Assembly (NCBI GenBank): GCA_963662435.1
Contig: OY759598.1
Location: 3,628,507-3,692,506 of the forward strand
Length of the DNA: 64,000 nt
Reading direction: 5' to 3'
Source of the DNA: Dehalococcoidia bacterium
Lineage (GTDB): Bacteria; Chloroflexota; Dehalococcoidia; Lucifugimonadales; VXLM01
The notes under the pieces are model-generated. The model was not told the origin of the DNA, did no database searches, and saw nothing but the letters and a program-made list of their open reading frames with translations. Position numbers and translations under genes: made by a program. Positions 38,754-48,492 of this stretch are shown here, piece after piece (within the stretch, counting starts at the first letter, position 1; the number at the start of each line of letters is the position of its first letter).

Positions 38754-39959
38754 CTATGCTCCGGTGATCCGTACGTACCGGTTGTATAAGTTCCCGGCCA
38801 GCGAGTACGCGAGACTCATGGCCAGATAGGAAAGCATGATCAGGATGAAGATCGATACGGCAGGCGCCGTCTGGGTCATCGTCTTGGCCACGTTCGTCAG
38901 GTCGGAGTAGCCGATTGCCCCGGCGAGGCTGCTGTTCTTGGTCAGATTGAGGAACTGGCTGATAAGAGGTGGGATAATGACCCGCAGAGCCTGCGGGAAC
39001 GTGACGTGCCTCAAGGCCGAGAGATTGGAAAGCCCCAGCGCGCGAGCAGCTTCCGTCTGACCGCGACCGACGGAGGTGATCCCTGCCCGGACGATCTCCG
39101 CTATAAACGAAGCCGTGTACATGACGAGGCCGATCAGAAGGGCGAGCAGTCCTGCGGGAGCCGTGAATCCTCCGGCGACTCTGCCAAACGTCCCATGGGG
39201 GGCGGGATAAGAGATGGCAAACGGCGATTCCCCCGCGACGATCGTCAATACGATCCATGCCACGGCGGCAACGCCGACGGCGGTGACCACTCCGAACACA
39301 ACGGGGTATGAAGCCTTGCCTGTCATGATCTCGCGTCGCAGCAGGTATCTGTGGATTATGACTGCCGCGACTACACCGATGAGTAACAGGGCCAGCCATG
39401 CCAACCCCATCGCAACGTCCGGTGGCGCCGGCCAGGGGAACGATACGCCCGCGTTGTTGATGTACAGATTCTCTGAAATGACGTATCCGTCGCGCTCAGG
39501 CGGGAGCGCGAGGAAGATATAGAACCAGAAGAACAGCTGGACCAGCAGCGGAATATTGCGGAAGAACTCGACGTATACCAACGAGAGCTTGGCGACGATC
39601 CAGTTATTCGACAGCCGTGAGACTCCGATCACGATGCCGAGAATTGTCGCAAGGATAACTCCGGCGATGGAGACGAAAATCGTATTCGTCGCGGCTACGC
39701 CCAGCGCGTAGAGGAAGGTGTCAGAAGATTCGTAAGGGAGGAAGTGGTGGCCGATGGGAGTCTGGTACTCCCTGTCCAGAAAGCTGAAACCGTAGGGGAT
39801 ATTTCGGTTCTGGATCGCGCTCCCGATGTTCAGGAAGAACCAGAGAACGAGGACGACGGCCAGGACGCCGGATACTATCTGGGTGGCCCATCGGAGGATC
39901 TGCGCGTGGCGCCATACAGGGATTCCCTGATAGGTCAATAGTCCCGTCATCTGCGCCAT
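38754..39959 (-). CDS. Amino acid ABC transporter permease (AapQ/BztB-like)
   Basis: YVEFFRNIPLL, ASFIAEIVRAGI, LNLTKNSSLA. Confidence 0.92.
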   Translation of the reverse strand: MAQMTGLLTYQGIPVWRHAQILRWATQIVSGVLAVVLVLWFFLNIGSAIQNRNIPYGFSFLDREYQTPIGHHFLPYESSDTFLYALGVAATNTIFVSIAGVILATILGIVIGVSRLSNNWIVAKLSLVYVEFFRNIPLLVQLFFWFYIFLALPPERDGYVISENLYINNAGVSFPWPAPPDVAMGLAWLALLLIGVVAAVIIHRYLLRREIMTGKASYPVVFGVVTAVGVAAVAWIVLTIVAGESPFAISYPAPHGTFGRVAGGFTAPAGLLALLIGLVMYTASFIAEIVRAGITSVGRGQTEAARALGLSNLSALRHVTFPQALRVIIPPLISQFLNLTKNSSLAGAIGYSDLTNVAKTMTQTAPAVSIFILIMLSYLAMSLAYSLAGNLYNRYVRITGA

Positions 39960-40130
39960 TCTGTCATTCCTATACGAGCCGTTTTTTCCGACCTATGGCG
40001 TTCTGGTGTTTCATCCGATTCCAGGTCAAACATGCCATTGCGAGTTGATTTCCGCATGGTAGCGATGTAGCCCTACTTTAGCAAGCACCTGTCGTCAAGT
40101 GGCGATTTGGGGTTCCCAGTTCACTCTATG

Positions 40131-40160
40131 AAAAAACCCCACCGGGACTCGATGGGGTTC
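40131..40160 (-). terminator. Rho-independent terminator of the Mo-hydroxylase operon
   Basis: Minus strand AACCCCATCG..CGGTGGGG TTTTTT. Confidence 0.7.
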
Positions 40161-40185
40161 TTCCTTCAGACTCGATTTTCGACTC

Positions 40186-42501
40186 TTACGCGCCGTTGCT
40201 GCCGTTGCCTGCCCACACTGTCTCCATGACGGTGTTGGGGTTCATGGGGAGCCGCGTCATGCGCACGCCGATTGCCTTGTTGATGGCGTTGGCGATTGCC
40301 GCGGGCGGAGGAATGATGTTGACCTCGCCCACGCCGCGGACTCCGAACGGGTGACCGGGGTTGGCGACCTCGACGATGACCGTGTCGATCATCGGCAGGT
40401 CGTTTGCGACCGGCATCCGGTAGTCCAGGAACGTGCTGTTGGCCATGTCGCCCCTGTCGTTCATGAAGTACTCTTCGTTCAGGCCCCAGCCGATGCCCTG
40501 GGCGGTGCCGCCCTGCATCTGGCCCTCGACGTAGCTCGGGTGGATGGCCTTGCCGGCGTCCTGGGCTATCGTCGCGCGGAGGATATGGACCTTGCCCGTG
40601 TCCGGGTCGGCCTCGAGGTCGACGATGAGGCCCGCGAAGGCCGCGCCGACGCCTGCCGGGTTGACCGAGCCGCGCCCGGTGATTGCTCCACCTGTGGCAT
40701 TCGCTTCGGCCGCCAGCTCCTTGAACGTCATTCGGAGTTCGGAGTCGGTCTTGGAACTGATGACGCCCTTCTCCATCTGCAGCGAGTCCGCGTCGACGTC
40801 CCATATCATGGCGGCGCGTTCGATCATCTGCTGCTTGACATCCTTGGCCGCCTCGACGGCTGCGTAGCCGGTGGCGAAGGTCGTGCGACTCCCGCCCGTC
40901 CCGAACGTGAAGCCGATGGAGTCGGTGTCCACCACGGAGGGGAAGAAGTCCTCGGCCGGAATGCCGAGCACCTCGGCCGCCTGCATGGAGATCGACGCCC
41001 TCGTGCCGCCGATGTCGGGCGAGCCCTCGGTCAGCGCGACCGTGCCGTCGGAGTTGACCGCGAGATTGACGGCCGACTGCAGGCCCGCGTTCATCCAGTA
41101 TCCGAACGCGACTCCGCGTCCGACGTTTGTGCCCTCAAGGGGAGTGCTCCAGTGCGGATGGTCCCTGAGGGCTTCGAGCACTTCCACGAAGCCTATTCGC
41201 GGGAATGCCGTCCCATCGACCTTGCGAGTGCCTTCCTTGGCGGCGTTCAACAGCCGGAACTCGATGGGGTCGATTCCTAGCTGCTCGGCTATCTCGTCAA
41301 CCACAGTCTCGGAGGCAAACTCTGCGTTGGTGGCGCCCGGCGCCCGGTATGCCGCAGTCTTGGGCTTGTTGAGAACGACGTCGTACGCGTCCACGACCGC
41401 ATTCGGGATGTCGTATGGGGCGAATACGCACTCGGCGGCCGCGCCAACAGGCGAGCCGGGGTAGGCCCCAGCCTCGAACGCCAGATAAGCCTCGGCGGCG
41501 ACGAGCTTGCCTTCCTTCGTCGCGCCCATCTTGACCCTTATGTAGGAGCCGGGCGTCGGGCCGGTGGCTTCGAACTCGTCCGTGCGGCTCATCGCCATCT
41601 TGACCGGATGCCCCGACTTCTTGGACAGCAGGGCCATGACCGGTTCTCCGTACGGCTCGAACTTGCCGCCGAAACCTCCGCCGATCTCCTGGGGCGTCAG
41701 CTTGACCTGCGTCAGAGGCACGTCGAGCACCTGCGCCGTCGCGTCTCGTACGTTGAAGGGGCCCTGTGTGCTGTTCCAAATGTGAATGCGCCCGTCGTCG
41801 CGCCAATGGACGGTGCAGGTGTGCGGCTCGATGTAGCCCTGGTGCACCGTCGCTGTGTTGAATTCTCGCTCGACGATTACGTCGGCTTCCTCGAATCCCT
41901 TGGCGATGTCGCCCGCCTTGTTCTGCGAGTGGTCGGCGATGTTGCCCTTGCGCCCCGTATTCTCGCCGAACTCGGTCATCTCGAGGTCGTCGTGGAGGAC
42001 CGGGGCGTCGTCGGCCATGGCCGCGACCACCTCGGATACCGGCTCCAGCACCTCGTAGTCGACCTCAATCTGCTTCGCCGCCTGCTCCGCATCGTGAGCA
42101 GTGGTGGCGGCCACGGCGGCGACCGGGTGGCCCCGGAAGACCACTTTCTTCGTGGCCATGATGCCGTCGCGCAGATAGAGAAGGTCGGTCGCGAGCTCAC
42201 CGAGCGTAACTTTCCGGGAGCCGTCGTCACCGAGAGGGGTCTCCGGGATGTCTGCGCCGATTACGATCGCGCGAACGGCGGGATTCGCCTCCGCCTTGCT
42301 CGTGTCGATCGACCGGATGTTGGCATGGGCATGTGGGCTGCGGAGAATGAATCCGTGCAGCATGCCCGTCGTGTGAACGTCCGCGCCGTACTTCGCCCGG
42401 CCCGTGACCTTGTCCGCGCCGTCGTGTCGAATGGGGCGCGTCCCAACCACATCGTAATCGACCTGCGAAAGGACGACGTTCGGTTCGTAGGTTGTTGTCA
42501 T
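40186..42501 (-). CDS. Xanthine dehydrogenase family molybdopterin-binding large subunit
   Basis: RSPHAHA, HQGYIEP, GGGFGGK, AYRAPG, VEGQMQGG, RGVGE; GGAGG RBS. Confidence 0.93.
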   Translation of the reverse strand: MTTTYEPNVVLSQVDYDVVGTRPIRHDGADKVTGRAKYGADVHTTGMLHGFILRSPHAHANIRSIDTSKAEANPAVRAIVIGADIPETPLGDDGSRKVTLGELATDLLYLRDGIMATKKVVFRGHPVAAVAATTAHDAEQAAKQIEVDYEVLEPVSEVVAAMADDAPVLHDDLEMTEFGENTGRKGNIADHSQNKAGDIAKGFEEADVIVEREFNTATVHQGYIEPHTCTVHWRDDGRIHIWNSTQGPFNVRDATAQVLDVPLTQVKLTPQEIGGGFGGKFEPYGEPVMALLSKKSGHPVKMAMSRTDEFEATGPTPGSYIRVKMGATKEGKLVAAEAYLAFEAGAYPGSPVGAAAECVFAPYDIPNAVVDAYDVVLNKPKTAAYRAPGATNAEFASETVVDEIAEQLGIDPIEFRLLNAAKEGTRKVDGTAFPRIGFVEVLEALRDHPHWSTPLEGTNVGRGVAFGYWMNAGLQSAVNLAVNSDGTVALTEGSPDIGGTRASISMQAAEVLGIPAEDFFPSVVDTDSIGFTFGTGGSRTTFATGYAAVEAAKDVKQQMIERAAMIWDVDADSLQMEKGVISSKTDSELRMTFKELAAEANATGGAITGRGSVNPAGVGAAFAGLIVDLEADPDTGKVHILRATIAQDAGKAIHPSYVEGQMQGGTAQGIGWGLNEEYFMNDRGDMANSTFLDYRMPVANDLPMIDTVIVEVANPGHPFGVRGVGEVNIIPPPAAIANAINKAIGVRMTRLPMNPNTVMETVWAGNGSNGA

Positions 42502-42503
42502 GT

Positions 42504-42989
42504 CTACGCCTCCTGTGCTTGCATCCTGTCTGCCGCGTCCATGACTGCCCGCACGATCTTGTCGTAGCCGGTGCACCGGCAGAGGTTATTCGCGAGCCAC
42601 CACCGGATTTCGTGCTCGGTGGGGTTCGGGTTCTGTTCCAGCAGCGCCTTGGATGAAATGAGGAAGCCGGGCGTGCAAATGCCGCACTGGAGCGCGGCGT
42701 TCTCGAGGAATGAGACCTGCAGCGGGTGCAGGCCCTCCGGCGTCGCCATGCCCTCGATGGTATCGATGCACGCGCCGTCGGCCTCGACGCCGAGTACGAG
42801 ACAGGAACAGACGATTCGTCCGTCCATGTTGACCGTACACGCGCCGCAGTTGCCATCGTTGCATCCTTCTTTGGCGCCTGTTAGCTGCAGCGTGTCGCGC
42901 AGGACCTCCAGGAGGCTCTGTCGCGGCTCGGCGAGTATCTCGACCATCTCGCCGTTGATGGTTGTCTGAACGTATGACTTAGTGGGCAT
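42504..42989 (-). CDS. (2Fe-2S)-binding small subunit (CoxS/XdhC-like)
   Basis: GCNDGNCGAC..CSC, QCGICTPG, NLCRCTGY. Confidence 0.95.
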   Translation of the reverse strand: MPTKSYVQTTINGEMVEILAEPRQSLLEVLRDTLQLTGAKEGCNDGNCGACTVNMDGRIVCSCLVLGVEADGACIDTIEGMATPEGLHPLQVSFLENAALQCGICTPGFLISSKALLEQNPNPTEHEIRWWLANNLCRCTGYDKIVRAVMDAADRMQAQEA

Positions 42990-43863
42990 CTATGTGGCCT
43001 CCTCGTGCTCGGGTTACTGCGTCGTTGAGTACGCGCCTGGTCATGACGTCGCACAGGTGCTTGCGGTACTCGATGGTGCCTCGCATGTCCGTGATCGGCT
43101 TGGCGGCGTCTCTGGCGATCTCGCCGGCCTTGGCGATGTTCTCGTCATTGACCTCTTTGCCTGCCAGCTCGTCATTGATCTCCGTGACGAACAGCGGGGT
43201 GGGCGCGACGGCCGCGAGGGAGACTCGGACCGACTCGAAGCACCCGTCGTGCAGCGTCACGCCTGCGCCGACGCCGACGACGGCGATGTCCATTTCATTC
43301 CTCGGGATGAAGCGCTGGTACCGCGCGCCCGAGTTGGCCGCAGGCGCCGGGAAGTTTATGGAGACCAGCAGCTCGCCCGGGCCGAGAACGTTCTCTCGAA
43401 CTCCGGTGCAGAAGTCCTCTATCGGCACGCACCGGTTGCCGTTAGGCCCCGCGATGTTGGCGCACGCGCCAAGTGCGATCATTGCAGGTATGGTGTCCGC
43501 GCTGGGGACGGCGTTGCACAGGTTCCCGCCGAACGAGGCGCGGCCCTGTATTTGCGTTCCGCCAATGATCGACGCCGAGTCGACCACAGCGGGATACTGC
43601 GCGGCAACGTCCGCGTCGTTGTATATCCGGTAGCAGGGCACCGCCGCTCCCAGCGTCAGGCCCTCCTCCGAACACACGCTCAGCTCATTCAGCTCCGGTA
43701 TCATCTTTATGTCCACCACATGGTCGGGGTCGTGGACTCCTGTTCTCAACTGAACGATCAGGTCTGTGCCGCCCGCGAGCGGGCGCGCCCTGTCACCTCG
43801 TTCCGTCAGAAGCCCTACCGCCTCCTCGACCGTGTGGGGGCGAGCAAAATCAATCCACTTCAA
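42979..43863 (-). CDS. FAD-binding medium subunit (CoxM/XdhB-like)
   Basis: LAGGTDL, QIQGRASFGGNLCNA, PITDMRGTIEYR; TTG start after AAGGAG. Confidence 0.92.
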   Translation of the reverse strand: MKWIDFARPHTVEEAVGLLTERGDRARPLAGGTDLIVQLRTGVHDPDHVVDIKMIPELNELSVCSEEGLTLGAAVPCYRIYNDADVAAQYPAVVDSASIIGGTQIQGRASFGGNLCNAVPSADTIPAMIALGACANIAGPNGNRCVPIEDFCTGVRENVLGPGELLVSINFPAPAANSGARYQRFIPRNEMDIAVVGVGAGVTLHDGCFESVRVSLAAVAPTPLFVTEINDELAGKEVNDENIAKAGEIARDAAKPITDMRGTIEYRKHLCDVMTRRVLNDAVTRARGGHIDAH

Positions 43864-44228
43864 TAGCCGACTCCTTTCCCTTGTAGCATGTTTCCCTACA
43901 CGGCTGTATTTGATTCGGCCCTTCGCACTACGGCCTCCGCCCAAAAGGAGAAGATACCGCGACGCACCTCCGGGCCGCGAACGCGCGTAAGTATAGCAAA
44001 CCGAGCCTATGTCAACAACGGGGTGAGTGGGGTGAAAAGCCAACTATCCGAGCTTGTTGAAGCCCAGCCGGACTACAGTCATTTCAGCGCGGAACGTATC
44101 CCATACACCGATATGGGGGGAAAATTCTCTGTAACCCGGTCTCTCTTGAGGGCTGACAGGGACAGATAGGACGGATTTGTAGCTATGATCCGGCCCCGTC
44201 TCTCCGTCATTAGTATTAAAATAAGCCC

Positions 44229-44309
44229 CGGCCAACCTGCCGTTGGGGCGATTCGCGAATCGCCCTTTCCGCCAATTCATGATTGGTGGTGTCGGTGGCA
44301 ACCCTCATG
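44229..44309. repeat. ~80-bp composite repeat (REP palindrome plus TCATGATTGGTGGTGTCGG unit)
   Basis: Near-duplicate at 49364-49445. Confidence 0.7.
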
Positions 44310-44648
44310 AAACATTCCGAGCGCAGCGATGAAGCTAAAGTCCGTAATCGCAAGACCGTACAGCCGGCGCCATACTTCTGCCGTGATCAAGAGCGAAAAC
44401 AGCGCAAGACTTCGCTGTCTCAGCTTTACGTTAGGACAGCCACTTTAGATTCTTCACTCCGCTCGGCCACGTTCAGAATGACAGAACGTCAGCATAACCT
44501 GGACACCGAAATCTGCTACCTACGCAGTGGACGCCATATCCATCATGCGTAACCTTGTAGGGGTTTGAAACCCGCCCTTGCCTTGCCTAAGGCCAGCGCC
44601 GCCACCAGGTGGTGGACTGGGGACAATGCCGAGAATTCCTACCTCAGA

Positions 44649-46400
44649 TCAGTCCCTCGGAACTACCGGCAGCGTAATGCGGGAGGGATACTGCGAGCTG
44701 TGGTGGACCGTCTGAAGCGCGGGCATCGACTCTCCGCTCGTACCGACCGGCTCTCCCAGATTGAGGTTCCGGTCGAAGCGCGGGAAGTTGCTGCTCGATA
44801 TCTCGATGCGAATCGAATGTCCCTTCTTGAACACATTGCTCGTGGGACCGAGGTCGATGGTGAACTCGTACACGTCGCCGGGTTCCAGCAGACTTGCCGG
44901 TTGCCTCGGAGTCCGGTAGCGGGCCCTGATGATGCCGTCGCAGAGGTTCGCGGCGTATCCGTCCGGGCGCACGTCCACGAGCTTCGCCGTGAAGTCAGTG
45001 TCCACGGCGGAGCTTGAAGCGTAGAGCGTGACCACGACCGGGCCCGTAACCTCGGTATCCTGCTCCATGGGTGACGATGTGTACACCAGCACGTCGCCAC
45101 GGGTCTCGATGGGCCGCTGATCGAAGACTCCCGCAACCAGAGTAGCCACGTCGCAGCAGAGGTTCCCCCCATGAGTCGGTACGGGGTCCAGGGGATTGTA
45201 GAGGAACACATCCGGAGGACAATCTGCCGGCGAGTCCTGCGCGAGAGCGCCATCACCGGCGAGCGTATTCGCCCTGCCGTCGCTGCTCAGGTAGAAGTCG
45301 GTTGAGATGGCACGGTCCAGCGGCCATTCACTTTCCTCGCGCCACACGTTGTCGCCCATCACGAAGATTCTCACAGGCTTGTCGTCGGTTAGCCCGTTCT
45401 CTTCGCCGTGCAGCAGGTAATCGTAGAATCGCAGTATCCCGCCCGGTACGTCATCGGCCAGGGTCGAAGACGCCGCCCCGAAGCTGCGCTCCCCCGCAAC
45501 GGACGTTTGGAGCCCCACGTGCGTCCATGGCCCGATAACCAGGCGTTGCAGAGCGCGAGCCTGACTGCTTCCGCCCGCCTCCCGCATCCCCATGAAGTTT
45601 CTCACTGTACCCCCGACGAATATGTCGTACCACCCTCCGTAGTTGAAGGCCGGGACGACGATGTCACTGTGCATCTCCTCGATGCAGACGGCCTTCCAGT
45701 AATCGTCGTACTCGGGGTGTTCCATCCAGTCGAAGTAGTAAGGCGCGAGATCGCCCTTGAGTTCCTCGTATTCGTTCATCGGCAGGTGCCCAGCCCCGGG
45801 TTTCAGGTCGTCCTGCGTCATCATGAGCGCGTCGAGTTGGTAGGGAGATAGAAAGAGTTGCTTGGAGAGGTTCTGCCAGTTCGCCGCCGTCAGTGCGCCG
45901 ACCGACCACGACATGTTGAACCCAAGCTCGAACGCTCCGCCCTGCCACGTCCAACCCTCGTGGTAGTCCGAGGCGGTGACTCCGGGGGCAATGCCGCCGA
46001 GCTGCGGTATCTGGGTAGAGGCCGCGAGCCACTGGGTCGCCCCGTTGTAGGAGCTTCCGAACATCCCCACCTTGCCGCTGCACCAGGGCTGGCTCGCCAA
46101 CCAGTCGATGGAGTCGTGCCCGTCGCTCGCCTCGTTGATGAACGGGTAGAACTGGCCCTCTGAACTGTGTCTGCCACGAATGTCCTGGATGACGACCGCA
46201 TACCCCCGCTGCGCCGCGCGGATGATGTCCAGTGCCCAGGCCCGCGAGATTATCTCGGACTTGTTGTAAGGAGTCCTTAACATCAGACCCGGAAACCCAC
46301 CTGAAGCGTCGGGCCTGCAGACATCGACGTAGGTCATGATCCCGTCTCTCAGCATCAGTGGTACGTTGGACTCGAATTTGACGCTGTAGGGTCCCGGCAT
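44649..46400 (-). CDS. CocE/NonD family hydrolase
   Basis: RTPYNK, QDIRGRHSSEG, GSSYNG nucleophile, GGWYD, IGPWTH, SSSNFPRFDRN. Confidence 0.93.
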   Translation of the reverse strand: MPGPYSVKFESNVPLMLRDGIMTYVDVCRPDASGGFPGLMLRTPYNKSEIISRAWALDIIRAAQRGYAVVIQDIRGRHSSEGQFYPFINEASDGHDSIDWLASQPWCSGKVGMFGSSYNGATQWLAASTQIPQLGGIAPGVTASDYHEGWTWQGGAFELGFNMSWSVGALTAANWQNLSKQLFLSPYQLDALMMTQDDLKPGAGHLPMNEYEELKGDLAPYYFDWMEHPEYDDYWKAVCIEEMHSDIVVPAFNYGGWYDIFVGGTVRNFMGMREAGGSSQARALQRLVIGPWTHVGLQTSVAGERSFGAASSTLADDVPGGILRFYDYLLHGEENGLTDDKPVRIFVMGDNVWREESEWPLDRAISTDFYLSSDGRANTLAGDGALAQDSPADCPPDVFLYNPLDPVPTHGGNLCCDVATLVAGVFDQRPIETRGDVLVYTSSPMEQDTEVTGPVVVTLYASSSAVDTDFTAKLVDVRPDGYAANLCDGIIRARYRTPRQPASLLEPGDVYEFTIDLGPTSNVFKKGHSIRIEISSSNFPRFDRNLNLGEPVGTSGESMPALQTVHHSSQYPSRITLPVVPRD

Positions 46401-46712
46401 GGCGCTCACACTCTGTAAGGGGATTAGGGTCGCCGGTAGTATACCGCCCGAATCCTGCCAGCGGAACCGTAACTGTTCAGAATTCGTGAGAGCGCTCGGC
46501 ACACACAGCCACCTTCATACCCGCGAACGAGGGTATCTACGGGGGAGGGTGTTCCTCTCACCATCTCTGAACGGTAACGCGGAACCTTCCCGCGTTGTGA
46601 GGTGGGGTGATGTCCGGTAATATCACAGAATCGTGTGATGCGGCGCGGTGACGGCAGGTCGTATGATAGGAGTATGGACCGGGACGCTGGAGTCCGTCTT
46701 GAGGTGTCGGTC

Positions 46713-48059
46713 ATGATTAGAGTCCTGTCGATTGCACTGATTGTCATCGGACTTGGCGGAATGATGATGTCGCCTTGGATGTCTGCCGTCGAGGCCCAGG
46801 CTCCTCATGGCGTCGTCGTGGAAATCGACGAGCCGATACAGCCCTCGACCGCGCGCTATCTGAAACGCGTGGTCACTGAGGCTGAGGAGAGCGGCGCTCG
46901 GTTTGTTGTCATTCGACTGGATACGCCCGGCGGCCTCTACGACTCTACCCGCGACATCGTGGAGACCATTCTCGAATCCAGAGTCCCGGTGATCGTCTAC
47001 GTATCACCTGCCGGCGCTCAGGCTGCCTCCGCCGGAACGTTCATCGCCGCAGCCGGACACATAGCCGCGATGGCGAATGGTACGAACATCGGCGCGGCGT
47101 CTCCCGTGGACGAGCGGGGGCAGGCTCTGCCGGAGCCCCTTGGATCAAAAGCCACCAACGACGCGGCGGCCTTCCTGAGGAGCATCGCGACGGAGCGAGA
47201 TCGGAACGCCGAAGCCCTCGACGACACGGTCACCAATGCCAAGGCGTATTCGGCGTCGGAGGCCCTCGACCAGGACATAGTCGACCTCGTGGCGACGGAC
47301 CTCGATCAGCTGCTCGCAAGCGTGGACGGGCGGTCGGTAGAACTGCAAGACGGTTCAGTCGAAATCAAGACGGAGGGCGTGGACCTGAGGAACGCGGATA
47401 AGACTATCCTGGAAAATTTCCTCTCCTTTGTCTCGAATCCCAATATAGCCTTCCTGCTGATGGTCGTAGGAGTAATAGGCCTGTTCATCGAGTTCCTCGC
47501 CCCTGGCCTGTTCGCGCCCGGCATCATTGGCGCAATCTGCTTGGTAATGGCGTTTGTCGCCTTTGGTAACCTGCCCGTGAACTGGGTGGGGGTCGCTCTC
47601 ATCGCCTTTGCCGTCTTGCTGTTCTTCGCCGAGTTCCAGTCCCCTGGGGTAAGCTTCTTCGGCGCAGGTGCCGTCGTGAGCTTCGCTCTCGGCTCAGTCC
47701 TGCTCTTCGGAGGCTTCTCTCCCGGTCCCATCGAGACGCCCAGCTTCAGGGTAAACTACTGGCTGATTGGCGGGATTACGGTTACCCTTTCTGTATTCCT
47801 CCTATTTGTGCTTCGCGATATCCTCTTGGCGCAGAAGATAGAGGAACGGCAGGCGAAGAAGGTGATCACCACCTCTGAGTCCCTTGTTGGGACGACCGGC
47901 GTCGTCAGTGCCGAGCTGGCCCCTATCGGAATGGTCTTCATTGGTGGAGAGGAATGGTCTGCCGTCAGCGATTCGGGTGACGCTATCGAGAAGGGCTCAG
48001 AGGTGGTCGTGAACGAAGTGGAAGGCCTCACTCTGAAGGTCTATAAGGCTACGGAATAG
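46713..48059 (+). CDS. nfeD: NfeD long form (membrane-bound ClpP-class serine protease)
   Basis: LDTPGG, AASAGTFI (Ser), NIGAASPV, KATND (Lys), TM region, C-terminal OB fold. Confidence 0.9.
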   Translation: MIRVLSIALIVIGLGGMMMSPWMSAVEAQAPHGVVVEIDEPIQPSTARYLKRVVTEAEESGARFVVIRLDTPGGLYDSTRDIVETILESRVPVIVYVSPAGAQAASAGTFIAAAGHIAAMANGTNIGAASPVDERGQALPEPLGSKATNDAAAFLRSIATERDRNAEALDDTVTNAKAYSASEALDQDIVDLVATDLDQLLASVDGRSVELQDGSVEIKTEGVDLRNADKTILENFLSFVSNPNIAFLLMVVGVIGLFIEFLAPGLFAPGIIGAICLVMAFVAFGNLPVNWVGVALIAFAVLLFFAEFQSPGVSFFGAGAVVSFALGSVLLFGGFSPGPIETPSFRVNYWLIGGITVTLSVFLLFVLRDILLAQKIEERQAKKVITTSESLVGTTGVVSAELAPIGMVFIGGEEWSAVSDSGDAIEKGSEVVVNEVEGLTLKVYKATE

Positions 48060-48116
48060 GAGGTCCGACAATTCCGGCTGCAGACCGGAGCCACGGATTG
48101 GAAGAACGGCACCATC

Positions 48117-48434
48117 ATGGATATCGTAGGAATCATCGTCACAGCCTCCCTCGTATTCGGCCTCCTGTACTTCGTATGGGACATATTCGTGACGGGAAAG
48201 AGAGGGCAGAAGAGTTCGGGGTGGCGATCAGGCGGGACTCCCACCACCGAGCAGTCGGCGATCGGGATGTCGGGTGTTGCAGTTTCCGACCTTGCCCCGT
48301 CCGGCATGGTGCATGTGAATGGGGAGGACTGGAGCGCCGTCAGCGACACCGGCGAGACCATCGAGAAGGACTCACGTATCGTGGTCATGGACGTCGATGG
48401 CTTTACATTGAAGGTGTTTGAGGCCACCGAGTAG
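48117..48434 (+). CDS. NfeD short form (TM plus OB-fold)
   Basis: LAPSGMVHVNGEDWSAVS; closely similar to the C-terminus of the upstream NfeD. Confidence 0.8.
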   Translation: MDIVGIIVTASLVFGLLYFVWDIFVTGKRGQKSSGWRSGGTPTTEQSAIGMSGVAVSDLAPSGMVHVNGEDWSAVSDTGETIEKDSRIVVMDVDGFTLKVFEATE

Positions 48435-48492
48435 TCAAAATTCGAACGGCCAAGCGGCAAGCAACGCAAGAGTGACGAAATAGGAGAAGAAT

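Noticed and set aside
40186..43863. Aerobic CO dehydrogenase (coxMSL)
   Set aside because: Gene order fits, but the large subunit has AYRAPG rather than AYxCSFR and there are no cox accessory genes.
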